NCBI GenBank assembly: GCA_054600435.1
Contig: BAAIJX010000003.1
Coordinates: 124,001 to 188,000 of the forward strand
Direction of reading: 5' to 3'
Length of the DNA: 64,000 nt
Origin: Neophaeotheca triangularis
Taxonomy: Eukaryota
Position numbers and translations under genes: made by a program. This document shows, piece by piece, positions 58,934 through 64,000 of the stretch (position 1 is the first letter of the stretch; every line of letters begins with the position of its first letter). The notes under the pieces were generated by a model, which worked only from the letters and a program-made list of their open reading frames with translations, did not search any database and had not been told where the DNA came from.

Positions 58934-59961
58934 TCAAAGATTTGCCTCCACTTCCATTGCCTCCGCTAACCCTGCCTCGATCTCTGCAATCGACTTGACC
59001 TCCGGTAAGGCAGTAGGCAGTCGCGGCAAACCTCCATAGCCCTTAAATTTCCTCAAACCAACTTTGACAGCGACAAAACCTCCCTTGATGCAAATCCAAT
59101 CAGCTCTGGCAGCGACGGCCTGAAGACGCTTAGCCTCCTTGAGGTTCCCCTCCTGGTACGATTGCATGGTTCGCACACAGAGCTTGGGTACCAAGTTACC
59201 CAATCCACCGATAATACCGTCGCCTCCGGCAACGAGGGTCTGCAGGGTGAAGTCTGCTGAACCGCCCGTGGTCAGGAAACCTTCGGGGGCTGATGCTGCC
59301 ACGCGAGCGAGCTTGCCAGTGTTGCCACATGTCAGTTTGACCTGTTGAGGCATTGTCAATACTAGGCTCGATCGATACGTGACAAGATAGTACCTACGCC
59401 AACGATCTTGGGATGTTGCGAGAGTTCCAGAATTTGATCCGAAGTCAGATCGAGACCGGAACAGGCACCGGGGAAGTTGTAGATCAGGACCGGGATTGGA
59501 GATGCGTCGGCCACGTTTCTGAAGTGATCCAGCATGAGTTTAGATGTGAGAAGCGGCCCGTAGTAGCTCGGGGGCAGGACTAAGGCATAGTTGCCACCGC
59601 TTGCGGCAGCGTCCTTGCAGAGTTTGATGACTTCTCTCGTCGACGGAGCACCGCAACCGACGATCACGGGCATATCAGAGTGGCTGGATTGATCCAGAGC
59701 ATCGCGTGTTGTTTGGGTGATCAGTTTTCGCTCGTCGTGGTCAAGGTGGACTGCTTCGCCATTGCTGCCGTGAGTGACGAGGCCGGATATTCCTGTTGAG
59801 GCGAGATGAGCGGCGTGCTTGAAAGTGGTATCGACGTCGACATCCTCGTTGTCCTTGAAGAAGGCAACCGTGGGAACGTAGATGCCTTGGGTCAAAGGAT
59901 GTGAGCCTTCGGCAACGACTGGTCCGTTGCCTAGATCGTTGGTGGTTGCAGACGGTGCCAT
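58934..59961 (-). CDS. DHDPS/NAL-family class I aldolase (2-keto-3-deoxy sugar-acid aldolase LGA1/GaaC-like or HOGA-like), about 323 aa
   Basis: complement(join(58934..59341,59398..59961)). Motifs GIYVPT, HGSNGEA, LPPSYY, IYNFPG, and the Schiff-base Lys in IVG|VKLTCGNTGKL. Ends -ANL. Confidence 0.92.
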
Positions 59962-60551
59962 TGTGCGTGTGGTATAGATTTAAGCGAGTAAAGTACGTGA
60001 CGAGATTCAGTGAGAGACGTTTGCAATCCAGGAGAGTTGAAGACCTGGCTGTAGGGAGGTATTGTTCCTCAAACGGACGAGGCATACGACGACGGGCGTT
60101 TTACTGTTGTCGAAGTTGGAGTTGTCCAGCCGCCAACCCCCAAACCCCCCACGGCACCACAAAGTCTGTGCACGGCTTCGTAGGAAACTTTGCTGCTGTG
60201 CGCGAGGGTTGCTTGGGGGCATCGTTAACCTTACAGCAAGTGTCAGCAACGAGTACCTTCAAGGTTGCACCCCGGATCGAACATCCATACCCCACAATTT
60301 GGATATCACTCATGTCTCTAGAGCATACACGATGCAGCATCTTTACCCCAAGGCGGAGACCCCTCTGGTTCCCCGGACGGAATCGTGGGACATAGCGACT
60401 GACCCCCAACGCCCTGCTATATCATTTGTTGTTGCGCTCTCCTCTTTTCTAGGCCTCACAACTCTTAGCAACTCTGACTCCACGCCACTGAACAACGAAC
60501 GACTCCGCGCTCCGAACGACAATCATAACAGAAGCACAGAACGATCAAGAC

Positions 60552-62530
60552 ATGGCCGATACCGACAGAAAAACCAGCTTTTCCGGGCACGTTGAAGAGT
60601 ACGATCTTGTCAAGGCCGGCGACAAGAAGCATGATACTCTTTACGACGAGCCAGACCTTCCTCCGCCGTCTCTGGCCGGCATGACAGACCAAGAGATCAA
60701 GGCTCTTGGTCGTAAAGCGACATGGAAGATGGACTGCGTAGTCATGCCAACAATGACCATCCTGTACATCCTTAACTACCTCGACCGACAAAACATTGCT
60801 GCTGCCAAATTGGCCACAATCATGGAGGACCTTTCGCTTTCCGTTCAACAATACAACACCGCGGTGTCCATCCTCTTCGTCGGGTACATTCTCATGCAGG
60901 TCCCTTCGAATTTGGTAGTCAGTAAGATCAAGTGGCCAGCGGCGTACATATGTCTTGCTGTCGCGCTTTGGGGTGCCGTATCAGCAGCGACCGCTGGTGA
61001 GTCGTCTCGATTGCTCCTACGCTGGTGTTTCCAAGCTGACTCGGCATCGCAGCGGTGCAATCTTTCGGCGGACTTCTCGCCTGCCGTTTCGTTTTGGGTG
61101 TGGTAGAGGTGGGTTGAACCGATCATGGTAATAAGCAATGAAGCCATAGCGCTAACGTGCCAATCTACAGGCAGCTTTCTTCCCTGGTGCATTCGTAAGT
61201 CCAAAAGTTGAAGGACTTGAACAGGAAAATTACTGATCTCGACTAGTACTACCTCTCTATGTTCTACAACCGCAAGCAACTAGCATTCAGAACCGCTATC
61301 CTCTACTCCGGCTCGCAATTAGGGAATGCTTTTGGCAACCTCCTGGCTCTTGCGATCATGGAGCTGGAAGGTGCGCACGGGTAAGTGGCCATGCTCTCCG
61401 ACGAGCTATACCGACAATGGATTATGACTGACCATCTTTCTGTATAGCATTGAAGGTTGGCGTTGGCTGTTCATCATTGTCCGACACACCTACGACTGAA
61501 CTAGTGTCCGTGAGGCTAACATCTTACTGTAGGAGGGCGTTGCGACAGTCGGTATCGGCGCGATTTTTGCCGTAATCATGCCAAACGCCCCAAGCAAAAT
61601 CCGCATGTGCTCGCAGCAAGAAATCGACTGGATCAAATGGAACTATGAGAGCGATATGAAGTCCGAAGACAACGCCGCTGAAGTTACCGCCTTGCAAGGG
61701 TTCTTGATGGCCGTCAAGGATCCCAAGACATGGATGCTTTGCGGTATCCTGTACGCCACGTACACTGCTGGAGCAGTCAACAACTTCTTCCCTACGGTCG
61801 TCGACGGGCTGGGCTTCGACAGGAACACCTCCTATGGATTGACTGCCGTAGGTTTTGACAACAAGCTTGCACTCTGTTGCGATCAATAGCTAACTCTCAT
61901 CAGCCACCATTCATCCTTTGCGTTATCTGTATGCTTATCAACGGATGGCACTCGGACAAGGTCAGTTAGAGAAATCCACAGTTTGAGGAGATTCGGAGCA
62001 GCGGCCTGACAAGATGCAAAGACCCAGGAGCGTTTCCTTCATATTGCCCTGCCCCTTGTCGTGACTTTTATCGCCAACGTGATCGCCGTTGCCACGACCA
62101 ACATTGGCGCTCGATGTAAGTTCGCACCTGTTCCAATGAAGGGAATAAAGACGACCATTCTAATCCACCTTTTACAGACTTCGCCATGATGCTTTTGCCA
62201 GCCAGCTTCTACTCCAGCGCAATCGTCCAACTCTCTTGGATCTCCGGCTCTCTATCACAACCTTCTGTAAAAAGAGCAGCTTCGATCGCCTTTATCAACT
62301 CTATGTGCAACACGCCCAACATCTGGACAGCCTACCTTTACTACGACAGCCCACGCTATGTGGTGGCATTCGCTGTAAACCTCGGGGCAGCAATTGTTGC
62401 CATTGGCTTCGCAACTTTTACCTTCTTACACCTCCGTCGCGCCAACCGCAAGCTTGAACAGGGTCTCGACCTTGGGAAACATGGGCCGACTCGAACACAA
62501 CTGAGGTCTGGGTTTAGATATCTCCTGTAA
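60552..62530 (+). CDS. MFS transporter, anion:cation symporter (Dal5/Tna1-like) family
   Basis: Nine exons; introns 60997-61052, 61109-61170, 61195-61246, 61381-61447, 61479-61532, 61848-61903, 61961-62021, 62116-62177 give a continuous frame. Motifs NYLDRQNI, QVPSN, RFVLGVVEAAFFPG, GIEGWRWLFIIEG, GFRYLL. Confidence 0.92.
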
Positions 62531-63412
62531 GAGCTTTGGTGGGCAATGAGTCGTCGAGTCGGCAGATGAAGAGTGTCAAAGCCATCCCTCAATGCAGACA
62601 CGGGGAGTGACAAGCATGAAGAGGTTCTATCTACAATATTGGTGGTTTCTAGCGTCGCTTTGCTAGCATACTCGGGTGTATTCAAACTTCTTTTATTTTC
62701 TTACAGCCTACACCGACTTTTGCGCACCGTCACTACGTCAATGAGTGTATCACTGCTTTAGGAATGCGTCGACAAGACAGGACGTGGTAAGCATTAATGA
62801 TTCTGAAGGAACACTCACTTGGCCGCTCGAGTACGGCCAACGGGTATCAGCAAAACGCGGGGTGCCATCCATGAATACAGTACAAGCGGCCAACTGGTGA
62901 GGCTTGGTCAAATCAAGGCGGGGGAGATGGAAGGCGACGAGATAGGTGAGGCGGAGAGGTAAGAAATAAGGTGGGCACTCGCCCCATTCGATACCACGCC
63001 GCTTCCCTTGCAGCACATAGTCACCACGGCTTGAATCGAGTCCTGGCATGGCTGGCGTGGTCCCTTAGCGGCAGGCTTGGTCGAGCTTAGTCGAGCGTCT
63101 AGAAGTCGATGTCGTCGTGGTGGCTGGCTGGACAGCGCGGCTCCACTGTACTTGGGGTCAGCGTGGGGGCCGTGGAGGATATCTTTGTGGGGCTGCAAGG
63201 GTCGGCTTTGGGGGTCGTCTTGGGGGTCTCGTTCGCCAACCGATACCGTCGCCGATGTCCCCGATATCCGATGCATTCAAAAAGGCAGTGTTTTGCCCTA
63301 CAGGGAAGGCGTTAGATTGCCCTGCACGTTTTCCAATTTTCAGGATATCCAGAGATTGACGCCTCCTACGACAACTCTAACCAATTTTTTTGATCTGATT
63401 TGATCATTCACC

Positions 63413-64000
63413 ATGGCTAAGATCAAGTCCGTTGAACATTTCCGCGTGAAGCCGAGATGGATGTTTGTGAGTCGTTGATGGAATCGATCTATATAGCCGT
63501 TCAGAATATTCATAGTAGGCAGGTCAAAATCACCGACGATGAGGGCAAAGTAGGATGGGGCGAGAGCACACTCGAGGGCCACGACCTGGCTGTCGAAGGG
63601 AGCTTAGACGAGATCATTGTGAGTTCGGACGGGCAAGCCCGTTGAAATACTGATCAGCGTACTGACCGCCAACAGGTTCGAATCGTCGGACTCGAAGCAA
63701 AGTAAGGACATACGCGGAGTTGCCTGGCCTGGATAATCGGACAGTACTGACTCGGCACTAGCAACATCGAGCACATATGGCAACTCATCTGGCGGTTAGG
63801 CTTCTACCGCGGCGGCGCGGTCTTCATGTCTGCCCTCTCGGGTATTGACATAGCTCTGTGGGATCTTAAGGGTAGGTACACCATTTTGAGCCAATGAATA
63901 CATCAGGCTAATCGTCTTCAAGCCCGAAGAATGAACGTTCCGCTGTTCGAGCTCCTCGGCGGCAAGGTCAGAGACAGGTGCCAAGTCTACTGCTGGATAG
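63413..64000 (+). CDS. dgoD: D-galactonate dehydratase-like enzyme (mandelate racemase/enolase superfamily), 3'-truncated by the window edge
   Basis: Exons 63413..63466, 63523..63618, 63676..63701, 63762..63871, 63923..>64000. Translation [32 protein letters not shown]...[42 protein letters not shown] matches the DgoD N-terminal pattern. The ORF track misses it because the exons are short. Confidence 0.92.

Noticed and set aside
62560..63300. Minus-strand splice-like signals and short ORFs between the MFS and dgoD genes
   Set aside because: I could not assemble an open spliced reading frame; this is probably dgoD promoter and MFS terminator, though an antisense ncRNA cannot be excluded.
1..64000. 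tRNA, rRNA, CRISPR arrays, telomeric arrays, intact transposons
   Set aside because: No cloverleaf, repeat-spacer array, (TTAGGG)n array, TIR/LTR pair or transposase/RT motif was seen by eye. tRNAscan-SE, Infernal and RepeatMasker would be needed to exclude small elements.

Overview
This is gene-dense genomic DNA from a filamentous ascomycete (Pezizomycotina; Dothideomycete-like is only my impression). Introns are short GT-AG type with CTRAY branch points, and I resolved them by hand. In order, the window holds: the 3' part of MAD2; a multi-TM processive GT2 glycosyltransferase; a small 2-TM hypothetical protein; an atypical half-Zn-cluster transcription factor with a C-terminal hydrophobic anchor; a secreted GH13 alpha-amylase; a probable HET-domain relic; SPT6; the STE7-type MAPKK; a 1725-aa membrane-bound NRPS-like enzyme (A-T plus Pls/PosA-type TM/hexapeptide repeats); a Kes1/Osh4-like oxysterol-binding protein; MRC1; a mitochondrial PPR-like protein; and a CE4 deacetylase. 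From about 54 kb to the window end lies a compact six-gene catabolic cluster: ALDH, ketopantoate-reductase-like protein, flavocytochrome b2-like protein, DHDPS-family aldolase, ACS/Dal5-family MFS transporter and DgoD-type dehydratase. The two best leads are (1) the Pls-like polymer synthetase, whose A domain looks carboxylic-acid-activating (a candidate polymalate/polyester-type synthetase), and (2) the sugar-acid cluster, which has PTS1-like tails on three enzymes and shared G-rich CreA-type promoter motifs. I recognised no tRNA, rRNA, CRISPR array or intact transposon. All product calls come from motif recognition, not database searches.
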